Counted from the stretch's first letter, positions 10,593-21,467 are shown. The stretch: DNA of 39,104 nt from Octopus bimaculoides (GCF_001194135.2 NC_068998.1:29697375-29736478); one strand, 5' to 3'. Notes: generated by a model from the sequence alone, not told the origin. Translations and numbers: made by a program.

Positions 10593-13500
10593 ATGAGTCT
10601 TCCCCACTTACCAACGTATTCTGGTGACGTCACATTTTTGTTCGCCCAGTTGGACGCTTATTTTTCGGCCCATGCGGTGCCTCACGAACAGCAACTAAGT
10701 CTATTGTACTGTGGGATGCCTAGCCCTCTTGCACGCTCAGTGAGAGATCTTATCGCTGACTCACATCCGGACGCGACTTATGCGTCCGTTAAATCTGAGG
10801 TCCTCCGACGGAACACCCAATCCGCCAACAGCAAACTCCAGACGCTGATGCAGGATGAGCAGCTGGGAGAACTCAGCGACACATTGCCAGAGGAAAATTC
10901 TCTGCTCCGAAAATTAGTTTTCTCTCGGCTGCCGCCGAATGTCCAATCCATACTGGCCAGAGCGCTCGACTCGAATTCATTCGACCAGTTAGCTACCATG
11001 GCGGACAAAATTATTGAGTTCACTGTGCAGCCTGTGCCTCAACATACCTGTTCGGACACCGTAGTAGCTTCTTCTACTACCGCTAAGTCCACTCCCTCGT
11101 CACATGACGACATTTTGGAGAGAGTCGATGCGTTAGCACGTCGCATGGACACATTGTGGCGAGAACACGCCAGCTCTCGTCATCCTCGCAGCAGAAGCCG
11201 TTCTAAGTCACGGTCGACTAGGTCTATTCCAACGGGTTTCAATCTCTGCTGGGACCATGCCACTTTCAAGGAGAAAGCCCGTCGTTGCATCCAACCATGT
11301 GCATTCTTTGTTAAGGATCGTGTGTCTAAGAAATCATTCACGGTTGACACTGGATCCAGCTGTTCTATTTGGCATTTGCGTTTTACTTCAGACAAGCTGA
11401 AGCAATCTGCCATCAACCTGCACGCGGTGAATTTATCCCCGATGAAAACTTACGGTCAGGTCTCATTACACCTAGATCTCAACCTTCGAAGGGATTTTAG
11501 GTGGGTTTTTGTTATAGTAGATCTACCATATCCCATTCTGGGCGCGGACTTCTTAAACCACTTTCACTTATTAGTAGATGTCAGGCGTCAGAGACGCGTG
11601 GACGATTCTACGTCTTTGTTCACGCCTGCTCGCGTTACTACTAATGCTGTTTTTAGTCCGTCATTTTTTGTCGCCACCACTGGTAACCAGTTCCACTCCT
11701 TTTTGGCTTCTTTCCCAGAGCTGGTAGATCCGACTTTCAAATCAGTGAAAGTCACACACTCAACTCACCATTATATCACTACTTCTGGACCACCCGTTTT
11801 TTCGCGTCCACGGCGACTTGCTCCTGATCGGCTCAAAAAGGTTCGATCTGAGTTTGAACATATGCTTCAACTCGGCCTTATTCACTCCTCTACCAGCCCT
11901 TGGGAATCTCCTCTACATTTGGCAAGGAAAGGGGATTCAGACATTCGCCCGGTGGGGATTATAGACGTTTAAATGCGGTCACTGTTCCCGATCGCTATCC
12001 TATAAGGATTCTTCAGGATTTTTCTTCGAACTTGCATGGGTGTACATTTTTTTCCAAAATTGACCTTATCCGGGATTATCATCAGATTCCAATGAACCCT
12101 GACGACATTCCCAAAATTGCCGTTACTAACCCCTTTGGAAGTTTCGTGTTCCTGTTTATGAGCTTTGGTTTGTGGAATGCAACGAGTATCGATGAAGTTG
12201 TCCGTGGATTTGACTTTGTGTTCGCTTACGTCGATGATTTGCTCATAGCTAGCGACATGCGTGAAAATCATCTCCAACATTTATCTCAACCTTTTCAGCG
12301 TCTTCGCAACTACAATGTGCGAATCAACCCCGATAAGTGTGTTTTTGGGCAGTCCTCTCTGGAATTTCTGGGGCATTATATCGACTCGAATGGTATCAGT
12401 CCTCTCTTTTCCAAAGTCGATGCAATTCAGCGCATCACACTTCCCACTTCTCTACGCCAATTGCGCCAGTTTTTGGTAATCGTCAATTTCTATAGACGCT
12501 TCATACGTAAATGTGCAGACAAGTTACTTCCATTGACTCAACTACTGAAAGCAAATACAAAAAGTGATGCTCCTATCACTCTATCTGCCGAGGCATTATC
12601 TTCTTTTGAGTCAATTAAGAAGGAAATAGCTTCTGTTCCCTTGCTTGCACATCCGGCTCCTGATGCTCGTCTCTCATTAACAGTTGATGCATCGGATTCT
12701 GCGGTTGGTGCTGTTTTGTAACATACCGTCATTAATCAAACTCGGCCTTTGGCATTTTTTTCTTGTCAATTAAAACCAGCTGAGCATCGTTACAGTACGT
12801 TTGATCGTGAACTCTTAGCGATCTACCTGTCAATCCGTCAAGTGACGGATTGACAGGTAGATCGCTAAGAGGGCCGAGATTTTGTGATTTATACTGATCA
12901 CAAGCCTCTTCCGTTCGCTTTGTCATCTAAGTCGGACAAACACTCGCCTCGTGCTTTTCGTCACTTGGACTACATTTCCCAGTTCACGAGTGACATTCGG
13001 CATATACCTGGAATAGAGAACGTACCTGCTGACGTACTCTCTCGTCTCCCTGAATGTTCTTTTTCAACTCCTGCTGCAATCGATTTAACTGCCATTGCGC
13101 AGGATCAGCCAGCTCTGGACACATTGGATCTAACTTCCACCAAGCTGTCCTGTTGCAAGTTTGCCTATCTTCCACTTACATCTGCTGAAGGCATAATCCT
13201 TTGTGACACAGCTACTGGTTCTCCCAGACCGTTTGTACCTGCGATCCACCAGCGTTCTGTTTTCGATCCTTTGCATTCACTGTCACATCCTGGCATCGCT
13301 GCTTCGGTGAAGCTTATTACGGCTCAGTTTTTCTGGCCTAATATGCACCATATGATCACCGCTTGGGCACGCTCTTGTGTGAAATACCAGCGTTCTAAAG
13401 TCCACAGGCACATTCGCGCTCCTCTTGGATAGTTTTCTCCTCCAGAGACTCGCTTTCGCCATGTCCACATTGATCTGGTTGGACCATGGTCTGTCAGTCG

Positions 13501-14218
13501 CGGGTTCTGTTACATATTGACATGCGTCGATCGTTTCTGAAGGCTGCTCTACGCGCCACTCCTGATCCACAGTCTTGGACAGAATTTCTGCCTATTGTTC
13601 TTCTTGGTTGTCGCACTGCTGTTAAAACAGACCTTAGGTTTCTCCACTGCTGAATTCCTTTACGGTACCATCCTGGTACTCCTTGACACAATGTTGGCGC
13701 CAGACAATTCATCGCATCCTGATCCAACGTCGTATGTCACCAGACTTCGCTCGTATTTCTCAAGTTTTCCACCCATGCATCTACGTGACCAGTCTATTCC
13801 CTCTCACGTCCCACCGGGCATTGACAAATGGACTCATGTTTTTTTTCAGAATGATTTTGTCAAAGGACCTCTCGTTTCTCTTTATAAGGGACCATTTCGT
13901 GTGCTATCGAGCACACCCAAAACTTTTAGTCTCGACATTAATGGTCGGGTGGAGACCGTGTCGGTCGACAGACTTAAAAGGGCACATTTTGAGGTGTCAA
14001 CACCCTTCGATGATACCTCAAACACGCCCACCTTTGATCCTTTGCAACTACCTACACGTCCACCTGCGCATGCACCTTTGACCACACCATTACCTACACC
14101 TCCACCTTCGTCACCACTACCTAACACGAACAAACCCTATGTCACCAGGACAGGCCGCACTGTGCATTGGCCCAAAACACTCACTAGAACTAACTTTTTT
14201 TCTTTTTTCTTCCTGTGA
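10593..14218 (+). pseudogene. gag-pol: Gypsy/Ty3 gag-pol (gag, protease, RT, RNase H, integrase), decayed
   Basis: Gag (LFAQLDAYF), protease DTG (11346-11354), RT ([26 protein letters not shown] at 12227-12238), RNase H ([21 protein letters not shown]), integrase HHCC region (HSLSHPG..SCVKY), HIDLVGP, and the GPF motif (YKGPFRVL). PR-RT-RH-IN order indicates Gypsy. Multiple frameshifts, stops and deletions. Confidence 0.95.
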
Positions 14219-14441
14219 CAGACAATTGTTTTTCGTGTGCTGAACAATACCAATGCTTTATCATTGAACTCTGGAAAATAATATTTTGTGCATGCTCCTT
14301 TTATACTGCTTGTGATTATTTTTTTTCTCAATTTCACATTTTGTATTATATTTTGTACCACATCTTGTTGTTTGTGATCGGTGGCCATTTTTGCTTTCTT
14401 GTGCATGCTCCAGTCATTCTAATTTTCGCACTGACGTTTTC

Positions 14442-14453
14442 AGGGGGAGCCCC
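14442..14453 (+). promoter_or_regulatory. Polypurine tract
   Basis: AGGGGGAG(CCCC) directly before the TGTAG LTR start. Confidence 0.8.
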
Positions 14454-14881
14454 TGTAGCGTGACACAAGAAGCCAGTTCCATCTTGTACGAGATCTCGCC
14501 GGCGGCCATTGCCACGTCCAAGACAAGAGCGAGATCTCGCCTACAACCATGTTTGCCATGCGCGAGACTACAGCGAGGCTCCCGTGAGCAACATCTATTT
14601 AAAGAGGTGCATTGAGCAACCCGTCCTCTTCTCTCGCGTTGGCGCTCACGTAGAACAACACTGCAACCTAGCAGCTCACAGCGGATTCTTAACCCGCTCT
14701 AACTTCACCCATTATCTCCAGAAGTAATGTACCTCTCGCGAACAGAGCTAACGAACTGCGCGCTGACATACAGATGGTCGTCAGGAGCAAACCCCATGAA
14801 ATGAGAACGAAATAAACAACCATTGAATTGAACCCGCTTGTAAGCTTCTTCTTCTTCGAGTTCCAGAATTCTAAGACTACA
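14454..14881 (+). mobile_element. LTR B (3' LTR of the Gypsy element, 428 bp)
   Basis: TGTAG...CTACA terminal inverted repeat, follows the PPT, AATAAA near 14812. Confidence 0.8.
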
Positions 14882-15434
14882 AAAAGTAATATTAATGGAA
14901 GAAGGAGATACTCCACAGGTATCAGGAACCTTCTAGTCCCATTATAAAATTAACAGACGGAATATGACACAAGCGAATACATACTCATCTTCAGTAACAT
15001 ATCTATAATATTATTCTGCCGATGTACCTACATTTGTTATGTTGTTTAATGGTTGGTCGTAGCGACAGGTAAAAAGAGAATGAGAGAGAGTAAAGTGTTC
15101 ACTGGATAGCGACGAGAAGGAAAAGAAAGAGAATAATAGCTGTACATAGTTATTTGAATTTGAAAGGAGAGAGAGAATGTGAGAGAGAGGTGGGGTAGCG
15201 AGAGACAGGCAAATAGAAGAGTGTTAATTGGAAGGAACGTAGTAAGAAGAAAGAAAACGCTTTTTACAGACATATAATCAGACGCACGCACGCTCAGACA
15301 CACACACACACATATTCAATTCACTGTGAACTATAGTTACTGTTAGAATGATAGTGCTGTCATCAGTAGGAATGCTTGTTGAAATGATGGCGAAAAATGT
15401 TAATTTACTGATATTTTTTTTAAATCGTCAATTA

Positions 15435-15596
15435 GTGGCTGTGTGGTAAGTAGCTTGCTTGCCAACCACATGGTCCCAGGTTCAGTCCCATTGCGTGGTA
15501 CCTTGGGCAAGTGTCTTGTACTATAGCCTCGGGCCGACCGAAACCTTGTGAGTTGATTTGGTAGACGGAAACTGGAAGAAGCCCGTCGTATATGTG

Positions 15597-15633
<37 letters not shown>

Positions 15634-15863
15634 ATGTGTGTGTGTGTGTGTGTTTGTGTGTCTATTTGTACCCCCAGCATCGCTTGACAACCGGTGCTGG
15701 TGTGTTTACGTCCCCGTAACTTAGCGGTTCGGAGAAAAGAGACCGATAGAATAAGTACTAGGCTTACAAAGAATAAGTCCTGGGGTTGATTTTCTCGACT
15801 AAAGGCGGTGCTCCAGCATGGCCGCAGTCAAATGACTGAGACAAGTAAAAGAGTAAAAGAGTA
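15435..15863 (+). mobile_element. tRNA-derived CORE-type SINE (slightly 5' truncated)
   Basis: GTGGCTGTGTGGT A box, GGTTCAGTCCC B box, ACCTTGGGCAAGTGTCTT CORE-like segment, (TA)/(TG) insert, and (GTAAAAGA) tail. Confidence 0.9.
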
Positions 15864-15907
15864 TTTACTTTTGTGCATTTAATTGTCGTCTGCTAAATCG
15901 AACTTTT

Positions 15908-16518
15908 AATTTTTAGAAATAATACATTTCTAAATCTCTCAGAGAGATTTATGCAGTAGTGATACGATGAAGTAGTTGTATGCTGTCAACTTAATGTGAC
16001 AGTCCCCTGAAGGGAATAATACTACTGTTGGTTAGACTAGGAAGCTGCACCTTGTAAACATAAGGATACAGGAAATGTGTCAAGGCGACAGGAAGCGGTG
16101 CAGCTTCCTAGGTCAGTAGTATTATTCCCTTCAGGGGACTGTCAGATTAAGTTGACAGCATACAACTGCTTCATCGTATCATTACTGTATAAATCTCTCT
16201 GAGAGATTTAGAAATGTATTATTTCTAAATTTGAAATCAGTGAATGTATTTCACTAGAATTATTATGTTTGCAAGAGCTTGACAGGTATCGACTAGCAGG
16301 TCATACTACTCCAGACTGATGACGAGCAAAGACTCAGAAACATGTCTCTGGATGCAGGCTTAGCTGGGTGGAGGTGCTTGTCTCCCCCTTGTAAACATAA
16401 GGACACAGGAAATGTGTCAAGGTCGACAGGAAGCGGTGCAGCTTCCTAGGTTTAACCAACAGTAGTATTATTCCCTTCAGGGAACTGTCACATTAAGTTG
16501 ACAGCATACAACTACTTC
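15908..16518 (+). mobile_element. Non-coding hammerhead-bearing element (PLE pseudo-LTR or retrozyme-like): inverted arm plus 1.4 tandem units, flanked by a 10-bp TSD
   Basis: Inverted repeat 15912-16051 / 16097-16229. Direct repeat starting at 16050 and 16387 (period 337 bp). TCGAACTTTT at 15898-15907 and 16517-16526. No ORF. Confidence 0.75.
16310..16352 (+). ncRNA. Minimal type I hammerhead ribozyme motif
   Basis: Stem I TCCAGA/TCTGGA, core CUGAUGA, stem II (C)GAG-CAAAGA-CUC(A), GAAA, palindromic stem III ACAUGU, predicted GUC cleavage after 16346. Position 10.1-11.1 is a C.A mismatch. Confidence 0.7.
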
Positions 16519-17904
16519 GAACTTTTCATATTTATTTATTAGATAGCGATAGACGAATTATTTAGAAAGCATAATGGTAGTAATAGCAAAAATAGCTGCA
16601 GTTGTTAATTAAGTTTAAGCAATAATCGGAAAATTAGGCTTAAGAAAGAGGAAATAGAAAAGAATGTGAGATATGAATTTTGAGTAGTATTGGAAGCATA
16701 GACAGCAACAAGTGTGGTGGCACGAATACAGGTTAATGAATCATTTGAATTAATGGGGAAAAACTAGTGTGATTCAACGAAAATTCTTTGAAATTCTTTA
16801 GAAAAAGACTAGATTGCATACAATCAGCATTTCTTTCCATATTTCCATAGTTGTTAATCATACGAGCATTTTATTTTTTTTTTTTGCCGGAATCCAACCA
16901 TTTGGAATTGTTAGATTTCCAATATGCGTGTTGAGATAGACGTAGATGGAAAACACAAAGTATCGTCTTCGTCTCCCTCTCATATAGATCAGAAAGGAAA
17001 GGTCGCATGCTTTGACGAGTAATCGCCAAGAATTTATCTAATTATTATGATTGTAATCATTAAAAAATGTGAAAAGCTGTAGTGTTTTGGTGCATAACGG
17101 TAATTATCAGACACTCTTCTCTCCTGAGAGCATCATCTATGTAAGAGGTATTGATCACATATTCGATGCATCTTAGAACATCGTATAATTAAATATTTTG
17201 CTTTGTTATTACCACAGACCAGTACATCACAGATAAAACAGAATTTGTAAGGGATAAAGAGATGAAGAAAAGTAAAGAAAAACAGAAAAAAAGAAAATCG
17301 AAACAATTTTGAAAGGCTACTTGTCTATGCCAATATCATAAGCCCATTGCTGAAAACCAAGAAATTTGAAAACAATTTTCAAAATAAAAAAATTGGAGTA
17401 AAGTGACTTTCCAGCACGTCCGTCACCCTTCCTGTCATTTCACTGTTCTGAGCCAGTACTGCTAAGAATCTGTTTCTGTAATCTGAGTGTATGCGTATTC
17501 TAGTGTGTGTGTGTAAATCTGTTTTTGTATGCGTTTAAATTTACGTCAACAAATAGTTTTAATATATGTTCTAAATGTGCGGATAGAGAATAGACACATA
17601 AATTAGCATACATCTATGTTAATGTATTAAATTATATTTATTGCAGTCAACGGACCGAGACAGTGAGTCTGAATCAATTCCCAGTTGAACACGTTTAATT
17701 TGCAATGCTAGTGATTTATTTTTACTATATACACTACAGTCAGTCGATATAGTACCGGGCAACCAACCGAAGTACTAGTAATTTATAGTCCGTTAATTTT
17801 GAAATAGTTAAATTCGCCTAGCTTTAAGTAGATAATTGCATACAGAATCTGACCTCTGTAAACAGTTTTGGATTTAAGACCATTTTACTTGTTTTCACTG
17901 CTAG

Positions 17905-18014
17905 GCTCAATACCTCCGGCCTATTATTCAGGAGGAGGATTTGTTTCTCAATAGTTCTACGCTACGGAAATCTGAGATGGATCCTCATGATTCGGAAATG
18001 CTTCAGCTTTTCAG
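17905..18014 (+). CDS. Candidate exon of an unidentified host gene
   Basis: Acceptor TTGTTTTCACTGCTAG| and consensus donor CAG|GTAAGT. 110 nt with two open frames; one reads AQYLRPIIQEEDLFLNSSTLRKSEMDPHDSEMLQLF. Confidence 0.4.
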
Positions 18015-18899
18015 GTAAGTGTATAAACATCAGAGTTCTTTTGCTTCAGTCAGAAATAACGGGTGCTAATTAGAGATGCTGCGAGCTCTTCTGATAGTAA
18101 CAAAAGCTACTGTTTTGCTCTTCTGTATTTTCAGCAATGCCACAAGTGTTTCGTCTCTTGGTCTCAACGCTTCGCTTGAATGCAGTTATGAGGACTGAAT
18201 TAGCCTTCACCTACAGCAGGTTCTATCTGCTGTCTCTTCTCAAATACAACCATCTTGAGCAGCTCTCCTCAGCTGTATTGGCTATCTCTCTAGGATTTTT
18301 TTTCCAATTCATTAGGTTGCAAACCAATCATCTACAATAAATAGCGCACAGATTTTGCTGGAAATCTTGTCTGCTGACTTCAATAGGGAATGAAGCTGTA
18401 TGCAACTCTTTGACAAGAGCCTCCTCATCCAAACCTTGGTATATAGCCGTAATTCAGAATATTGACACTAATCAAAACCCTTGTCAACTATATAAGCTAG
18501 GAGATTTAAAGTATTTCTTCTAGCAAAGAACTGATTGAGCAGCATACTTCTACAATGAAGCTCTAATAGCAAGTAGATTAAATGACAAACCATAACATAT
18601 AGTTGAGACACTACAAACAAGCAATAAGCAAAACAAACAGAAAAAAAATAGTATCAGATTCAATCCATTCTTTAGCTTAAACATTGCGACAAATATAATA
18701 CTTAACACTAATTAGTAAACCAACAAAACAAAATATCACTAACTGTTCAATAGAAACAATACAAAAGTTAGCTACAGCAGTACAAAACTTAAACATAACA
18801 GACGATTATTAAACAACCACATATCAAGCAACACGCAACACACAGACACAAACTGATTTAACTACACAAAAACAAAAACACACACACGGAAAACATAGT

Positions 18900-19680
18900 T
18901 CACAAAGCATCAGAATAATGGGAACCCATTATATTCCATTTATTTGGCAAAATTTCTTCAAGGTAGGCATTTACATTACTATGGTAGTATAGGGGTTTCC
19001 CAATTTCATGGAAATAAAACTCCTCATCCTCAAAGTCCCCTTGAATGCTTGGCATGACAGATTGTCGGAGTAATTTTAGTATAGTTACAGTACCGTAAAA
19101 AAAAATTGATCTAATTAAACTTTTTAATAACATAGTACTGGTAAATTAACATGATGTTTCTTCGTAGAAATGTGAGTTTTCATTGTCCAATAGGTGCAAT
19201 TTTGGTGTTTAATCGAACCAAACAATCTTTGCTGGAAACTGTTCATCTTCTACACACCTTGCAAAGTACGTCTTGCATAACTCCACACTTCGGTTTGGAT
19301 CATCTTTAGGAGCATGAACTATTCTTGGAATGTAATTTTTCAATAACAGCACTTCAAAATGCGATGGACTCTTGATTTTAAAACTTCCCATCTCATTCCT
19401 GACTAATTTCCCATCTAATTTTTCCTATCTTTTCTTGGTCCTCGGTCTCCTGAAATATCACTTGTGGACACTCTGAACAGTTTCGTATGCTTCAAACTTA
19501 TTTCTAATTTGAACGTGGATCTATTTAAAACTCTCTCTTTAACTGTCTTTGCACTTCAATTGCGTTTTCAAACTTTCAGTTCCACTTTAGGACAAATTTT
19601 CTTTGTTCAAAGCACAGTCTAGCTTCCTTCATCGTTTCTAGAATGAAAATTTCAGCTGTTAAATACTTATCAGCTGTTAA
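18900..19680 (-). mobile_element. Degenerate Tc1/mariner-superfamily transposase (DUF4817-type HTH, rosa/maT-like)
   Basis: MKEARLCFEQRKFVLKW..KFENAIEVQRQ, IRNKFEA..TVQSVHK..RRPRT, YIPRIVHA..DDPNRSVELC, FPAKIVWFD (first catalytic D), FFYGTVT, and EEFYF..HEIG (QDGA position degenerate). TIRs not found. Confidence 0.8.
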
Positions 19681-19692
19681 AGTGTGTATACA

Positions 19693-19883
19693 TTTTGTCA
19701 GTGAACAGGTCGCGGTCTCAAAGCGACGAAAATATTTTGACAAATTAAATTTAAATGTTGAAGTGAATCTAACGGATTTTGTGTGTTATTTTAAATAGCT
19801 TATAAACACCTTCCACGCTGCAATTGTTTTCGTTCCAGCACACGATCTCAGATCAGGTCACTTGCTATGCAAGTGCATCTCCG

Positions 19884-19886
<3 letters not shown>
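19693..19886 (+). mobile_element. Short non-coding repeat carrying the variant hammerhead, ending at a (TA)n array
   Basis: Distinct sequence abutting the transposase relic. 3' hairpin CACTTGC-TAT-GCAAGTG (19859-19875), then (TA)n. Confidence 0.45.
19694..19744 (+). ncRNA. Variant minimal type I hammerhead ribozyme motif (G3-C8 core)
   Basis: Stem I TTTGTCA/TGACAAA, core GUGAACA plus one extra G, stem II GTCGC-GGTCTCAAA-GCGAC, GAAA, palindromic stem III AAUAUU, predicted UUU cleavage after 19737. Confidence 0.6.
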
Positions 19887-19914
<28 letters not shown>

Positions 19915-20008
19915 NNNNNNNNNNNNNNNNNNNNNNNNNNNNNNNNNNNNNNNNNNNNNNNNNNNNNNNNNNNNNNNNNNNNNNNNNNNNNNNNNNNNNN
20001 NNNNNNNN
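19915..20008. other. Assembly gap
   Basis: N run between (TA)n and (TAGA)n. Confidence 1.
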
Positions 20009-20132
20009 ATAGATAGAAGATAGATAGATAGATAGACAGACAGATAGGTAGATAGTTACATACACATATACCTACATATATACCTACATATATACCTACA
20101 TATATACCTACATTTATACATATATTTGTGTG

Positions 20133-20181
<49 letters not shown>
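20009..20181. repeat. Compound array (TAGA)n, (TATACCTACATA)x4, (TG)n
   Basis: Directly visible. Confidence 0.9.
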
Positions 20182-20184
<3 letters not shown>

Positions 20185-20851
20185 GGCATGTACGTATATG
20201 CCCATTTATTCAAGATACGTACACATATATAACAATACATATATATACTTATTACATATTGTGATTTACAGATACATATTTATAGGGAGAAATAGAATGA
20301 CGTCTATGCATGGGCACAAACGCATAAAACAGCACAAACTTAAGTGGCTCGATGATAACACAGTCATAAGCCTCTATTTTGATTAGTTCTTACACATATC
20401 TCCTCTCCACCCATCTCACATCACCATATATTACACAATACAATTTCCTAAATAGTTTTCACTCCTTCAATATACACACATATTTGTATGTATTTTGATA
20501 CTCAACAGTATTCTCACATTACAACACCAAGCGATAATGTTAAGAGGTAAGTTGTATGAAATTATAAAGTACACACACATACATACGCACGCATACATTC
20601 ACATACAAATTATGTGCGTGTATGCTCTTCTTTTTGTTGTTGAAAGCATGTTTTAGTGGGCACCACTCTATTTATTTCTAAAGTATTTTAAAAATATCTG
20701 CCTATTTTCTCTCTCGTTGTACACTGTTGTCTGGCATTTCTTCTATTAACTCCAATTTGATTTTGAGGTCAAGCTAATTCATATGGGTGACATTGTCGAA
20801 GTCTAAATTTGGCCTAGCCCTCTTCAATACTTAACTAATCTGAACTCCATT

Positions 20852-20852
<1 letters not shown>

Positions 20853-20927
<75 letters not shown>
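20853..20927. repeat. (TAA)n microsatellite
   Basis: About 25 pure units. Confidence 0.98.
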
Positions 20928-21186
20928 GAACAGGTCCGAGAAATATGTCAGAGAAATTGGAATAGACACGGAGGCAGAGCAGGTCCCCAAAACTGCTCTG
21001 CTGGAGACAAGTAAGATTTTGAGATTGGTGTTTGTGTGCTGAGTATCTTCCACAATAGGTTAATCCAAGTACCAAAGCTTATAATTTGTGGAAAGAGACC
21101 CTGTGAGACCTCTGACGACAGGTTGTTGTCCGCTCTCACAGAATCAACTCGATCAAGTAAGACTAAGAGCTTTGAGAAGTGAAAAT
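20928..21186 (+). mobile_element. R4/Dong-type LINE, extreme 3' end plus 3' UTR
   Basis: EKYVREIGIDTEAEQVPKTALLETSKILRLVFVC* matches the R4/Dong C-terminus (QKTALLGTARILR). Flanked by (TAA)n-type arrays on both sides. Confidence 0.8.
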
Positions 21187-21199
21187 ACTGCTGCTGCTG

Positions 21200-21287
<88 letters not shown>
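21187..21287. repeat. Compound trinucleotide array (GCT)n(ACT)n(AAT)n
   Basis: Directly visible. Confidence 0.95.
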
Positions 21288-21289
21288 TA

Positions 21290-21467
21290 TTTTTTATTTC
21301 TTTATTGCCCACAGGGGGCTAAACATAGAGGGGACAAACAAGGGCAGACAAGGGGATTAAGTCGATTAGATCGACTCCACTGATTAACTGGTTCTTATTT
21401 AATCGACCCGAAAGGATGAAAGGCAAGGTCGACCTCGGCGGAATGTGAACTCAGAACGTAACGGCAG
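21290..21467 (-). mobile_element. 5'-truncated SINE (same body as 9481-9693) with a different 3' tail
   Basis: Reverse complement of GAGGTCGACCTTGCCTTTCATCCTTTCGGGTCGATTAAATAAGAACCAG...GTCGATCTAATCGAC. The tail ends GGGCAATAAAGAAATA followed by (TTA)n. Confidence 0.85.

Noticed and set aside
10593-11972. 459-aa ORF as an intact or domesticated gag gene
   Set aside because: It has internal deletions, runs into pol and then frameshifts; it sits in an ordinary decaying Gypsy context.
15360-15366. CTGATGA on the minus strand as a third hammerhead
   Set aside because: No properly placed GAAA, stem II or stem I could be found.
18130-18510. Faint PIF/Harbinger-like snippets on the minus strand (IVDKGF, WKKILER.PIQL)
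   Set aside because: Scattered over frames with many stops and not supportable without a profile search.
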